Assembly: GCA_977020255.1 (NCBI GenBank)
Contig: CDROCS010003914.1
Span: 62,001 to 126,000 of the forward strand
Source: Obrimoposthia wandeli
Lineage: Eukaryota
Length of the DNA stretch: 64,000 nt
Direction: 5' to 3'
A program made the position numbers and the translations under genes. Shown piece by piece: positions 50,515 to 60,449 of the stretch; position 1 is the stretch's first letter, and every line of letters starts with the position of its first letter. The notes beneath the pieces were generated by a model. It had not been told where the DNA came from and did no database searches. It saw only the letters and a program-made list of their open reading frames with translations.

Positions 50515-51567
50515 ATGAATAAGTTTAATGCGTTACGCAATTTTATCGGTTTATTGGTTTTGACATTATTAGTGGTTGGTTGTTCTAACAAAGCTGAAGT
50601 AACCAAGGATAAGCCAACTAATCATGGCAGGTATAAAGTCACTAAAGACTATGGTCCAGATGCCGCTGTTGATGTTTCTCATGTGATTAATGCAGTGCCT
50701 AAAGATGAGCCATTGAGTAGAGGTGGCAATCGTAAAAACTATGAAGTGCTAGGAAAAAAATATTCTGTCATGAGCAGTGCAAGTGGCTTTAAAGAACGTG
50801 GCGGAGCCTCTTGGTACGGCAAAAAATTCCATGGTTACTTAACAGCCAATGGTGAAAAATACGATATGTTTGGGATGAGTGCTGCTCACAAATCTCTGCC
50901 AATACCTACATACGTGAAAGTCACTAATTTAGCGAATAACAAGCAAATTATTGTAAGGGTCAACGATCGAGGGCCTTTCCATAAAGGTCGAGTTATCGAC
51001 CTATCTTATGCGGCCGCTGCGAAATTGGATATGTTAAATAGTGGGACTGCTCAAGTTGAGCTAGAGGCGTTAAATGTCAAAACATGGAATAGTATCGGCA
51101 ACAAAAGCTTTAAGCCAAAAACTGAAAAATCTATAGGTAATAAATCATTTCTAACCACATCAGCTAATAAACCCAAAGTGATCGATAATCTACAAGTAAA
51201 TCGCCCGTCAATACCAGCCAATAATAGTAGAGCAATGACTAAAAATCCTGCTTCTAAAATCGTGGCTAAAGTAAGTAGTAGCGCTACTGGCAATTTGTTA
51301 AAAAATCCCCCCCGCACTGATAAATACTTAGGTATACACTATATTCAGGTGGGTGTTTATTCTTCAGAAGAAGCGGCGCATGCGGTGACTTTAAAAGTAA
51401 ACAACTTTGAATTGCCAGTGCTCATAAGTGAAATACAGAAAGAAAGCAAAGAGCTTTTTAAAGTGATATTGGGGCCAATGAAAAGTAGAAGTAATACAGA
51501 AAAAGTAAAGGCTGAACTTGCTGAGTTAGGTTTTTCAGGAGCGCATTTAATTGATTTACCCAAGTAA
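50515..51567 (+). CDS. rlpA: Septal ring lytic transglycosylase RlpA (DPBB plus SPOR)
   Basis: Lipobox VVGC, ASWYG.KFHG..TANGE, AAHKSLP, VNDRGPF, IDLSYAAA, C-terminal SPOR. Confidence 0.94.
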   Translation: MNKFNALRNFIGLLVLTLLVVGCSNKAEVTKDKPTNHGRYKVTKDYGPDAAVDVSHVINAVPKDEPLSRGGNRKNYEVLGKKYSVMSSASGFKERGGASWYGKKFHGYLTANGEKYDMFGMSAAHKSLPIPTYVKVTNLANNKQIIVRVNDRGPFHKGRVIDLSYAAAAKLDMLNSGTAQVELEALNVKTWNSIGNKSFKPKTEKSIGNKSFLTTSANKPKVIDNLQVNRPSIPANNSRAMTKNPASKIVAKVSSSATGNLLKNPPRTDKYLGIHYIQVGVYSSEEAAHAVTLKVNNFELPVLISEIQKESKELFKVILGPMKSRSNTEKVKAELAELGFSGAHLIDLPK

Positions 51568-51677
51568 GGAGCGCGAAAAATTTAGAACTTTATAGGGTGA
51601 ATACTAATTTGATAACAGTCATTAGTACTTTTAAAATCGCCAGGTTTACTAGACATTACTTTAAAAAAGGAATCAAC

Positions 51678-52847
51678 GTGACATTTTTGAATAAAAAGAA
51701 CATTGCTAGTGTTTTTATTATGTTCGCAGCTTTATCAGCACCAATTGTTTTGCAAGCCGCGCAACAACCAATACCCGCTGCCCCAAAAATAGCAGCCACA
51801 AGTTATATTATTATGGATGCGGACACGGGCGCTATCATTGCAGAAAAGAAAGCGAAGCAGCAGTTTCCCCCAGCAAGTCTGACCAAAATGATGACGAGTT
51901 ACATCACAGAATATGAATTGACAAAAGGTAATATCAGCGTCGACGATTCAGTGTTAGTGAGCGAAAAAGCGTGGAGCACTAAAGGCTCTAGAATGTTCAT
52001 TAAAGAAGGAACTCAAGTAAATTTGGGTCAGCTTTTAAAAGGAATAATCATTCAATCAGGTAATGATGCATCAGTTGCAATGGCTGAGCATATTGCTGGC
52101 AGTGAAGCCGCTTTTGCAAGTTTGATGAATCAGCATGCAAAGTTATTGGGTATGGAAAATACTAAATTTTCTAACGCGACAGGTTTGCCGCAAGAGAATC
52201 ATTACTCATCTCCCTATGACCTCGCATTACTAGCGAGAGCTATCATCCAAAAATTCCCACAGCACTACGGTATTTACTCTGAAAAGTATTTTACTTACAA
52301 CAATATACGCCAGCCAAATCGTAATAAACTGTTATGGCGTGATAAAACAGTTGATGGATTGAAAACGGGTCATACGGATGCAGCGGGTTATTGTTTGGTG
52401 GCATCAGCAAAACGCGATGGCATGCGTTTAATTACTGTAGTGTTAGGTACCAAAAGTGAAGAGGCAAGAGCGCGAGAGTCGCAAAAGCTACTTGCCTATG
52501 GTTTCCGTTTTTATCGCACCCATAAGCTTTATGAAGCGAATAAACAGCTTTCGCTGGTTAAAGTATGGGGTGGAAAAGAGTCCACTGTTCGTTTAGGTGT
52601 GGCAGATGCCTTAAGTGTTACAATACCTCGTGGGCAAGCTAAAGGCTTAAAAGCGACTATGGATATTAATACGGAAGTAAAAGCACCGGTTACGGCAGGT
52701 CAAATTTATGGTGTGGTTAGAATTTCTTTAGAGGGCAAAGAAGTTAAAACAATGCCTTTAGTTGCACTTAACTCCGTTGCTGAAGGCGGCTTCTTTAAAA
52801 AGATATGGGACAATATTCTATTATTTTTCATGAGTATTTTGAGCTGA
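51678..52847 (+). CDS. dacA: D-alanyl-D-alanine carboxypeptidase (PBP5/6)
   Basis: PASLTK, SGND, KTGHT; GTG start behind AAGGA. Confidence 0.93.
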   Translation: MTFLNKKNIASVFIMFAALSAPIVLQAAQQPIPAAPKIAATSYIIMDADTGAIIAEKKAKQQFPPASLTKMMTSYITEYELTKGNISVDDSVLVSEKAWSTKGSRMFIKEGTQVNLGQLLKGIIIQSGNDASVAMAEHIAGSEAAFASLMNQHAKLLGMENTKFSNATGLPQENHYSSPYDLALLARAIIQKFPQHYGIYSEKYFTYNNIRQPNRNKLLWRDKTVDGLKTGHTDAAGYCLVASAKRDGMRLITVVLGTKSEEARARESQKLLAYGFRFYRTHKLYEANKQLSLVKVWGGKESTVRLGVADALSVTIPRGQAKGLKATMDINTEVKAPVTAGQIYGVVRISLEGKEVKTMPLVALNSVAEGGFFKKIWDNILLFFMSILS

Positions 52848-52928
52848 GAAGTTTATCCGGTTAACTCATTCTTTAAGTGAAATATTTGAGTAAGAAAATG
52901 GCTATGTATCAGGTGTGTGTTTTTGATT

Positions 52929-53816
52929 ATGCATCCTAAAGATCTCGAAAATGATGCGCAAATAGTGTATCTCAACGGCTGTTTTATCCCTGCTAATCAG
53001 GCCAAAGTCTCAGTGTTTGATAGAGGCTTTTTGTTTGGCGATAGTGTTTATGAGGTTATTCCTTATTATAACGGGAAGGGCTTTCAGCTCACGGAACATT
53101 TGCAAAGGCTAAAACAGAGTTTAGCGGCTTTGAGTATCGAGACTAATATAGATTTTTCGATCATTTGCAATCAGCTAGTAGCAAAAAATGGTGCGGGTAA
53201 TCGCTCTGTCTATTTGCAAGTCACAAGAGGAGCAGGAGATAAGCGTAGCCATGCAATAAGCGCTGATATGCAACCGACCGTTTTTGCTTGCAGTAATGAA
53301 ATTGTCAACAACTATTACCAATCAACTGAGGCAGTGCTGGGTATAAAAGTCATTGTTTGTAAAGATTTACGATGGCAGCGCTGCGACATAAAATCAACCA
53401 GTTTATTGCCTAATATCTTAGTCATTGAGCAGGCTAGGCAACAAGGAGCACAGGAGGCGCTATTAATGCGTGATGCTAATGTCCTTGAAGGCGCTAGTTC
53501 GAATGTGTTCATCGTTGAAAACCAGCAGCTAGTGGCGCCGCCTGGCTCTAATGCCATTTTAAGTGGCACAACCAGTCAGCTGGTAAAAAAACTGGCCGGT
53601 GAAAACGAAATCATTTTGTTAGCCGAAAATATTAGTTATACACGTCTGATTGGTGCGCAAGAGGTTTGGATAACCAGCTCTACGCGCGGTTTGTTACCCG
53701 TACTGCAAGTTGATCAACATCAGATAGGCGATGGTAAGAAAGGCAAAATGTGGGAAAAATTTTACCAATTATTGGCAATACACCAGCAGCAGCTATTTGA
53801 CAATCACACTGAATAA
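52929..53816 (+). CDS. dat: D-amino acid aminotransferase (fold-type IV PLP enzyme)
   Basis: DRGFLFGDSVYEV, HLQRL, RxH carboxylate clamp (DKRSH), DIKSTSLL (PLP Lys), EGASSN. Confidence 0.75.
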   Translation: MHPKDLENDAQIVYLNGCFIPANQAKVSVFDRGFLFGDSVYEVIPYYNGKGFQLTEHLQRLKQSLAALSIETNIDFSIICNQLVAKNGAGNRSVYLQVTRGAGDKRSHAISADMQPTVFACSNEIVNNYYQSTEAVLGIKVIVCKDLRWQRCDIKSTSLLPNILVIEQARQQGAQEALLMRDANVLEGASSNVFIVENQQLVAPPGSNAILSGTTSQLVKKLAGENEIILLAENISYTRLIGAQEVWITSSTRGLLPVLQVDQHQIGDGKKGKMWEKFYQLLAIHQQQLFDNHTE

Positions 53817-53929
53817 AGTATTAAACATACTCTCTAGCTGTGAGCTCGAAAAATAAATACGTTCTTTTTTGCGCCTGAACGCACAATCTAGGATAATCGC
53901 TTTAATTTAGTAAAGATATAGATAAACTC

Positions 53930-54250
53930 ATGAAGAAAATTATGACTTTAAAATCATCAAAAAGCACTGTTAGTGTGATTGATGAACAACTGCCCCCTAA
54001 AATTGAATTTCCCTGTGCCGATTACCCGCTCAAAGTAATTGGGCATAATGCTGATGACTTAAAAGATTTTGTTATTGAGTTGTTGCTGAAATACGATGAG
54101 CATATTGATATGTCTAGAGTGACACATCAGGATTCGAAAAATGCCAAGTTTCGTTCAATTAGATTATTTATCACAGCACAAAGTGAGGAGCAATTAATTG
54201 CATTGAATGATGAGCTAAAAGCATCAGGAAGAGTGATTACAGTACTTTAA
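53930..54250 (+). CDS. ybeD: YbeD family (DUF493) protein
   Basis: [20 protein letters not shown]; precedes lipB. Confidence 0.9.
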   Translation: MKKIMTLKSSKSTVSVIDEQLPPKIEFPCADYPLKVIGHNADDLKDFVIELLLKYDEHIDMSRVTHQDSKNAKFRSIRLFITAQSEEQLIALNDELKASGRVITVL

Positions 54251-54900
54251 TGAATACTGATAAAAAGCTAATCGTGAGGCATCTAGGCTTGCAGCCGTAT
54301 GAGCCCATGTGGCATAAAATGCAGCAGCTTACAAATACTAGAGACAGCAGTACATCAGATGAAATTTGGTTGCTTGAACATAAACCAGTATTTACCCAAG
54401 GTCAGGCTGGCAAAGCTGAACATGTGTTAAACCCTGGTGAGATTCCAGTGGTGCAAGTGGATAGAGGTGGGCAGGTAACTTACCACGGACCCGGCCAGCT
54501 AATAGTCTATTTAATGTTGGATTTACGACGTAATAAATTAGGTGTAAGAGATGCAGTTACGTTAATGGAAAACGCAATTATTAGTGTGTTAGCTAAACAA
54601 GGGGTAATTGCTTTTGCCAAAAGCGATGCGCCCGGAGTCTATGTAGGCGACACGAAAATAGCATCATTGGGGCTGCGTGTTAGAAAAGGTTGTACCTTCC
54701 ATGGCTTAGCGCTTAATTTAGATGTAAACAAGGAACCATTTTCGCGTATTAATCCTTGCGGCTATGCTGGGATGAAAATGAGTAATTTAACTGATTTTGT
54801 TGCTAATTTAGACAAGCAACAAGTAGCAACAGATCTTGCTGATTATATAGCAGTGCAAATCGGTTATAGCGACGTTATTTGTGCGAAAGATTTTAACTGA
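54250..54900 (+). CDS. lipB: Octanoyltransferase
   Basis: [39 protein letters not shown]. Confidence 0.97.
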   Translation: MNTDKKLIVRHLGLQPYEPMWHKMQQLTNTRDSSTSDEIWLLEHKPVFTQGQAGKAEHVLNPGEIPVVQVDRGGQVTYHGPGQLIVYLMLDLRRNKLGVRDAVTLMENAIISVLAKQGVIAFAKSDAPGVYVGDTKIASLGLRVRKGCTFHGLALNLDVNKEPFSRINPCGYAGMKMSNLTDFVANLDKQQVATDLADYIAVQIGYSDVICAKDFN

Positions 54901-54908
54901 GTGATTAT

Positions 54909-55907
54909 ATGACAGATATTGCGGATTCAGAGAATCAAAGAACTCGACCTAAAGGCAAGCGCCTTGATCAAGGTGTGAAGTTACGTGGTGCCGATAAAAT
55001 GGCGCGCATTCCTATTAGAATACTACCGACAGAAAAAGCAGATATGCTCAAAAAGCCGCCTTGGCTAAGAGTGCGTATGGGAAGTAATGCAGAAGTAAAG
55101 CGCATTAAAGCCAAGCTGCGTGAGCACAAATTATCTTCTGTATGTGAAGAGGCGAGCTGTCCAAATATTGGAGAGTGTTTCAGTAAAGGTACCGCAACTT
55201 TTATGATTATGGGAGATATTTGTACGAGGAGATGTCCTTTTTGCGATGTTGCTCACGGCAGACCCAATCCTTTAAATGAAAATGAGCCGCGTGAATTAGC
55301 TGAAGCTATTACGGAAATGGGCCTTAAGTATGTGGTAATTACTTCGGTTGACCGAGATGATTTGCGTGATGGTGGTGCTCAGCATATCGCAAACTGCATC
55401 ATTGAAACACGAAAGCGCTCAAGCACTTTGCAAATAGAGACCTTAGTGCCGGATTTTCGAGGACGTGCAGATAAAGCGATCGAAATATTAGCAAAATATC
55501 CTCCTGATGTGTTTAATCACAATATGGAAACGGTAGAGCGTTTGTTCAAGAAAGTTAATCCTGGCTCAAGCTACAAAGGGTCTCTAGAGTTACTCAGGGA
55601 CTATAAAGTCGCGATGCCGGATATTCGTACAAAATCAGGTATTATTGTTGGTGTGGGTGAAACAAACGAAGAAATCATACAAGTGCTAAAAGATTTACGA
55701 GCACACAATGTAAATATGGTGACACTGGGTCAATACATGCAGCCAAGTAGAGATCATCTACCTGTAGATCGATACGTGACACCAGATGAGTTTAATGAAT
55801 TTGCCAAAGTGGCAAAAGAACTAGGCTTTGATCATGTCGCCAGCGGCCCGTTGGTTCGCTCTTCCTATCATGCTGATCTTCAAGCATCGGGCATTTCAAT
55901 CGCGTAA
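54909..55907 (+). CDS. lipA: Lipoyl synthase
   Basis: [26 protein letters not shown]. Confidence 0.98.
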   Translation: MTDIADSENQRTRPKGKRLDQGVKLRGADKMARIPIRILPTEKADMLKKPPWLRVRMGSNAEVKRIKAKLREHKLSSVCEEASCPNIGECFSKGTATFMIMGDICTRRCPFCDVAHGRPNPLNENEPRELAEAITEMGLKYVVITSVDRDDLRDGGAQHIANCIIETRKRSSTLQIETLVPDFRGRADKAIEILAKYPPDVFNHNMETVERLFKKVNPGSSYKGSLELLRDYKVAMPDIRTKSGIIVGVGETNEEIIQVLKDLRAHNVNMVTLGQYMQPSRDHLPVDRYVTPDEFNEFAKVAKELGFDHVASGPLVRSSYHADLQASGISIA

Positions 55908-55949
55908 GCTATTTGAAAATGCTCGATGTAGTGTCAATGAGTAATTTAG

Positions 55950-55981
55950 AGCAAGGTGATTTAGCCTTGCTTTAGTTTTTT
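55950..55981. terminator. Terminator between convergent lipA and psuG
   Basis: AGCAAGG-8 nt-CCTTGCT followed by a T-rich tail. Confidence 0.6.
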
Positions 55982-55982
55982 C

Positions 55983-56906
55983 TTATAAAGCGCACAACTG
56001 TGTGGCAATTTTGGCACCCAGTGCAGCATTATTATAAACTAGTTGAATATTAGCTTCTAAGCTTTTACCTGCTGTCACTTTAGCAATACGTGCCAATAAA
56101 AAAGGGGTGCTTTTTTTACCGCTAACACCTGCTGCATTCATATCTATTATAGCTTGTTCTATAGTGTCAGAAATTTCTTTTGCATCCATTGAATACTGCT
56201 CAGGTATAGGGTTTGCGATAACGACACCTCCAGCCAGCCCTAACTGCCATTTTGCAGCTAAACTTTTAGCTATTTGTAGTGGGCTATCTTGTTGGCAGTC
56301 AACTTCAAAACCACTTTCTACAGTATAGAAAGCCGGCATTTGCTTAGTTTTGTATCCGATAACAGGAACGCCGTAAGTTTCTAAGTATTCAAGTGTTAAA
56401 CCTATATCTAGTATCGATTTAACACCGGCACAAACAACCGCGACAGAAGTGTTGGCAAGTTCTTGCAAATCTGCGGAAATGTCAAAACTTGTTTGTGCGC
56501 CACGATGTACTCCACCAATTCCACCCGTGGCGAATACTTTGATACCCGCCATTTGCGCAAGGATCATGGTCGTTGCAACCGTAGTGGCACCATCTTTTTG
56601 CTCTGCGACGATAAAAGGAATATCACGGCGGCTAGTCTTAATGACCGCTTGGCCAGATTTTCCAAGATATTCTATTTGATCTTTATCCAAACCAACCACA
56701 AGCTTGCCTTGTAAGATTGCAATTGTGGCCGGAACTGCGCCATTATCTCTAATTATTTGCTCTACTTGTAACGCTGTTTCAACGTTTTTAGGGTAGGGCA
56801 TGCCATGAGAGATAATAGTTGATTCTAGAGCGACTACAGGCTTGCCTGCGGCAATAGCGGCTGCAACTTCAGGGTGGATGACTAAATGTTTTTCCAGTGA
56901 GATCAT
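55983..56906 (-). CDS. psuG: Pseudouridine-5'-phosphate glycosidase
   Basis: VALESTIISHG, ATTVATT, ATGGIGGVHRG, DISADL, KSILD, TPFLL. Confidence 0.95.
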   Translation of the reverse strand: MISLEKHLVIHPEVAAAIAAGKPVVALESTIISHGMPYPKNVETALQVEQIIRDNGAVPATIAILQGKLVVGLDKDQIEYLGKSGQAVIKTSRRDIPFIVAEQKDGATTVATTMILAQMAGIKVFATGGIGGVHRGAQTSFDISADLQELANTSVAVVCAGVKSILDIGLTLEYLETYGVPVIGYKTKQMPAFYTVESGFEVDCQQDSPLQIAKSLAAKWQLGLAGGVVIANPIPEQYSMDAKEISDTIEQAIIDMNAAGVSGKKSTPFLLARIAKVTAGKSLEANIQLVYNNAALGAKIATQLCAL

Positions 56907-57991
56907 GTGAGGTCCTTCAATAAATTCTTAATAGTAGAAATCGAGAAATCTGCGTTAATAGTATCTTGGGTGGCAATAGCGCAATTTGCTGCTGCTAGAG
57001 CGAAAAAGCAGCTGTCGTGAATATGCATTTTTTGCATATGGCAATGAGCCAAAGCAGCTGTCATAGCATCTCCAGCACCATTACTGTTTTGTACATCGTT
57101 TGCTGCTAATTTAATTTGCTGTTGATGTTCGTGGTCCGAATAAAAAACACCATCTACCCCTAAACTGATGAATAAGCGTTTAACTCCCTGTTGATGAAAC
57201 CATTTAGCAAGTTCGGGAAGCTGCTTGTAATCATCAATTTTTATACCAGAGAGTGTTTCTGCTTCTAATAAGTTTGGCTTTAAACTATGTATCTGGTTCA
57301 GAAAAGGCATGATTTTAATAGCTTTAGCAACAGATACTGTATCGACGAAAATTTCTGCTTCAGGCAGCTGCTCAAACAAATATGCTAGTACTTCTGAAGT
57401 TAGGTTAGTGTCTATGACAATTAGGCTCGCTTGTTTGAGCAAAGGTAATTGTTTTTTAAAGTGAGCTGGCAGCAGTTGGTCAAGGATTTTCATATCGGCT
57501 ATGGCCATCTTCATTTCACCACTATCATCGATAACTGAAAGGTAACAAGAAGTGCTGTGGCCGTCTAATATAAGCATTTGCGAGGTATCAATGCCTGAGT
57601 TCTTACTTTGCTCAATAAGCTGCTGGCCGTGGCTGTCGTTGCCTACAGCGGCAATTAAGTAACACTTGTTGCCCAAGCGGCTTATATTTTCCGCAATGTT
57701 TCTGGCGACACCACCTGGGCTACTTGAAACGAAGCCAGGATTGGAAGTGCTAGCGCAGAAGTTGTGCTCAGGTTTGCCTAAAATATCCATATTAGCGCCG
57801 CCAATAGCGACGCAAAATTTCTCAGCCGCGATCACATAACCACGCCCTTCTATAATGCCTTTTGCGGTTAAATTAGTAATGTGACTAGCAATAGCGGATC
57901 GACTAATACCTAATTTTGTAGCTAGTTGTGCTTGTGAAATTAATGGATTAGAGCTGATAGCAGCAATGATTTGTTGTTCTCGTTCAGTCAT
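56903..57991 (-). CDS. psuK: PfkB-family kinase with N-terminal winged HTH (pseudouridine kinase, YeiI-like architecture)
   Basis: MTEREQQI...NPLISQ..LA..LGISRS HTH; GGANMD, GGVARNIAENI, GAGDA PfkB motifs; 4-bp overlap with psuG. Confidence 0.85.
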   Translation of the reverse strand: MTEREQQIIAAISSNPLISQAQLATKLGISRSAIASHITNLTAKGIIEGRGYVIAAEKFCVAIGGANMDILGKPEHNFCASTSNPGFVSSSPGGVARNIAENISRLGNKCYLIAAVGNDSHGQQLIEQSKNSGIDTSQMLILDGHSTSCYLSVIDDSGEMKMAIADMKILDQLLPAHFKKQLPLLKQASLIVIDTNLTSEVLAYLFEQLPEAEIFVDTVSVAKAIKIMPFLNQIHSLKPNLLEAETLSGIKIDDYKQLPELAKWFHQQGVKRLFISLGVDGVFYSDHEHQQQIKLAANDVQNSNGAGDAMTAALAHCHMQKMHIHDSCFFALAAANCAIATQDTINADFSISTIKNLLKDLT

Positions 57992-58000
57992 ATTCTGGAC

Positions 58001-58055
58001 TTATGTTGGTTAATGGACATAAATCAATTTTATAAGAAGAGCGATTAAAAAGCAA
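58001..58055 (-). promoter_or_regulatory. psuK-psuG promoter and candidate operator
   Basis: TTGCTT-17 bp-TAAAAT (58055-58027); palindrome TTATGT-N10-ACATAA at 58001-58022 over the predicted +1. Confidence 0.5.
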
Positions 58056-58200
58056 GAAGCCAGTGGATAGCGAGCTATTGATGCTAATTAGTGGTGTTAA
58101 TGAACTGAGAAATATGGGTAGCCTGTAAAATTTAATCTTAACTGTGCGCGAGTGTGTACTAGACTATTACAAATGGGATGGCAAATATTTAAGCAGTAAT

Positions 58201-59328
58201 TTAGGCATAGAAATTGTCTTCAAAACACTGTTGAATTATTGCAATATCAGCTTTATTGTCCAGCAGTGCAGTGACGCACTCTTTATCAAGTGTTTTACCT
58301 GCAAGCTCACCAAGCATTGCGAAGGCTTTTTCATTACTCCATGCATCTTTGTAGGGACGAACACTGGTTAATGCATCGAAGACATCGGCAACCGCAACGA
58401 TACGTGCTTCTAGTGGGATTTGATCGCCTTTCAAGCCACGAGGGTAACCGTGTCCATCGATTGACTCATGGTGAAACTCTATAATGTTGCGCAGCATCGT
58501 AATATATTCGATATTTTCTAGCTCAAAGTTCTCTAGTAAATCATCAATAATCTCACGTCCCATGGGTGCATGTGATTGCATGATTCGTTTTTCATCATTA
58601 TTTAGTTTGCCAGGTTTAAGCAACACGTTGTCGGGGATGCCGATTTTTCCTATATCGTGCAAAGGAGAAAACATAAAAAGATGTTCGATAAAGTCATCAC
58701 TTAAATTGTGTTGCCCAGCTAAGCTCATAGCAATGAGTCGGCTATAGCGAGACATACGATCAAGGTGACTTCCCGTTTCAGGATCGCGAACATGAGTGAT
58801 TTTGCCGGTGGTTTTGACTGCGGCAGTGAGCGTGTGAATTAAATTAGTTTCATTAATTACCATAAGAGAAATCATATGAGCATAGATATCTATTTGTTGA
58901 AGAATGCTTTCTGTGAAAACCTCTTTTTGAACAGAGTTGAAAAAAATAAAACCAAAGAATTCACCATTATTAAATATCGGTAAAGTATAGCTTGCAGCAT
59001 AGCCTTGGCGCCCTAGGCGTTCTACATGCTTATTATTACTGTTTTCAACAGTAAGGAAATTATTTATAACTCGTGGTAACCCTTTATCAATAATTTTCTT
59101 TAATGAGGGTGCTTCATCGAGATATGCTTGGTGATGAGTCAAAGAATTGTCATCATCACTGCTGTGGATATATGTTTTAATTAGTCCTGTAGCGGGATCA
59201 TAAATAGCTATAGCAATGCGGGCTATAAACGGAAATGCTTCGCTAATAACCTTATGCGTTGAGGATATTTTTTCATGCAATGAGCTATGCCCGTTAAGTG
59301 CATTAAGTCTATCGATATGTTCAGTCAT
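58201..59328 (-). CDS. GAF plus HD-GYP c-di-GMP phosphodiesterase
   Basis: RDPETGSH, LHDIGK, HHE..DG.GYP, ADVFDAL, RPYK all intact; N-terminal GAF-like domain. Confidence 0.9.
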   Translation of the reverse strand: MTEHIDRLNALNGHSSLHEKISSTHKVISEAFPFIARIAIAIYDPATGLIKTYIHSSDDDNSLTHHQAYLDEAPSLKKIIDKGLPRVINNFLTVENSNNKHVERLGRQGYAASYTLPIFNNGEFFGFIFFNSVQKEVFTESILQQIDIYAHMISLMVINETNLIHTLTAAVKTTGKITHVRDPETGSHLDRMSRYSRLIAMSLAGQHNLSDDFIEHLFMFSPLHDIGKIGIPDNVLLKPGKLNNDEKRIMQSHAPMGREIIDDLLENFELENIEYITMLRNIIEFHHESIDGHGYPRGLKGDQIPLEARIVAVADVFDALTSVRPYKDAWSNEKAFAMLGELAGKTLDKECVTALLDNKADIAIIQQCFEDNFYA

Positions 59329-59586
59329 AGGTTATTTACATCCTGATGAGTGTCATGGCTCTATTTTATCAGGTATTTTGACGTTTGGTGATAAAGTATG
59401 CCGTATTTGTAGAAAGTTTATAATTTGGGTTATAGCAGGGGTATTTTTACACTTCACTCAAATTAGTAGTATGCTCAGTTTTTGAACAACAACTAGCTGA
59501 ATACGAATTTATCAGCGATAATTTGTTGTATTTTTATACAATTCTCACTTGTTGGTAAAAAAAAATAACTTATTCTAGATATTCTA

Positions 59587-59622
59587 TTGACTCCTGCTGG
59601 TAAATCGATAAACTCTGCGCCC
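59587..59622 (+). promoter_or_regulatory. Stable-RNA promoter, tRNA unit 1
   Basis: TTGACT-16 bp-TAAACT-CTGCGCCC. Confidence 0.75.
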
Positions 59623-59629
59623 ATCTTCT

Positions 59630-59717
59630 GGAGGGGTGGCTGAGTGGCCGAAAGCACTGGTCTTGAAAACCAGCGAGTCGAAGGGCTCCCAGGGTTCGAA
59701 TCCCTGCCCCTCCGCCA
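59630..59717 (+). tRNA. tRNA-Ser(TGA)
   Basis: 88 nt, long variable arm GAGTC-GAAG-GGCTC, anticodon loop CTTGAAA, CCA. Confidence 0.97.
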
Positions 59718-59764
59718 TTAACTATTTTTACCAAATAATTAATGTGTATAGAAGATATCAGAGT

Positions 59765-59840
59765 TCCTCGATAGCTCAGTTGGTAGAGCAGTAGACTGTT
59801 AATCTATTGGTCGTAGGTTCAAGTCCTACTCGAGGAGCCA
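59765..59840 (+). tRNA. tRNA-Asn(GTT)
   Basis: TCCTCGA...GTAGACTGTTAATCTAT...TCGAGGAGCCA. Confidence 0.97.
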
Positions 59841-59849
59841 ATTCTGAAA

Positions 59850-59925
59850 GGGCCGTTAGCTCAGTTGGTAGAGCAGTTGGCTTTTAACCAATTGGTCGTA
59901 GGTTCGAATCCTACACGGCCCACCA
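59850..59925 (+). tRNA. tRNA-Lys(TTT)
   Basis: GGGCCGT...GTTGGCTTTTAACCAAT...ACGGCCCACCA. Confidence 0.97.
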
Positions 59926-59979
59926 CTTTCAGAAAGTGCGGTAATGTTTTAGATAGTAGAAAATAGTTTTATCAGACAG

Positions 59980-60055
59980 GGGCCGTTAGCTCAGTTGGTA
60001 GAGCAGTTGGCTTTTAACCAATTGGTCGTAGGTTCGAATCCTACACGGCCCACCA
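59980..60055 (+). tRNA. tRNA-Lys(TTT)
   Basis: Identical second copy. Confidence 0.97.
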
Positions 60056-60105
60056 CTGTTTGAAAGTATTAAATATTATTTATTTAACAATGAATAATAA
60101 ATAGG

Positions 60106-60141
60106 TTGACACAAGGCTGAAATTAGCTAAAATGTGCCTCC
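60106..60141 (+). promoter_or_regulatory. Stable-RNA promoter, tRNA unit 2
   Basis: TTGACA-16 bp-TAAAAT-GTGCCTCC with AT-rich UP-like region. Confidence 0.78.
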
Positions 60142-60150
60142 TTGTAGTTC

Positions 60151-60238
60151 GGAGGGGTGGCTGAGTGGCCGAAAGCACTGGTCTTGAAAACCAGCGAGTC
60201 GAAGGGCTCCCAGGGTTCGAATCCCTGCCCCTCCGCCA
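60151..60238 (+). tRNA. tRNA-Ser(TGA)
   Basis: Identical to 59630-59717. Confidence 0.97.
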
Positions 60239-60285
60239 TTTAATGTAGAAGTGCATTAAGTGATGGGAAGTTAGAAAAATGTAGT

Positions 60286-60361
60286 TCCTCGATAGCTCAG
60301 TTGGTAGAGCAGTAGACTGTTAATCTATTGGTCGTAGGTTCAAGTCCTACTCGAGGAGCCA
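60286..60361 (+). tRNA. tRNA-Asn(GTT)
   Basis: Identical to 59765-59840. Confidence 0.97.
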
Positions 60362-60373
60362 GTTTTACCGGAA

Positions 60374-60449
60374 GGGCCGTTAGCTCAGTTGGTAGAGCAG
60401 TTGGCTTTTAACCAATTGGTCGTAGGTTCGAATCCTACACGGCCCACCA
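60374..60449 (+). tRNA. tRNA-Lys(TTT)
   Basis: Identical third copy. Confidence 0.97.

Noticed and set aside
59216-59485. 89-aa plus-strand ORF near the tRNA cluster
   Set aside because: Overlaps the HD-GYP gene start antisense and its promoter region; no SD or motif.
59630-60449. Repeat-spacer pattern resembling a CRISPR array
   Set aside because: The repeats are 76-88-nt tRNA genes with cloverleaf and CCA; there are no cas genes.
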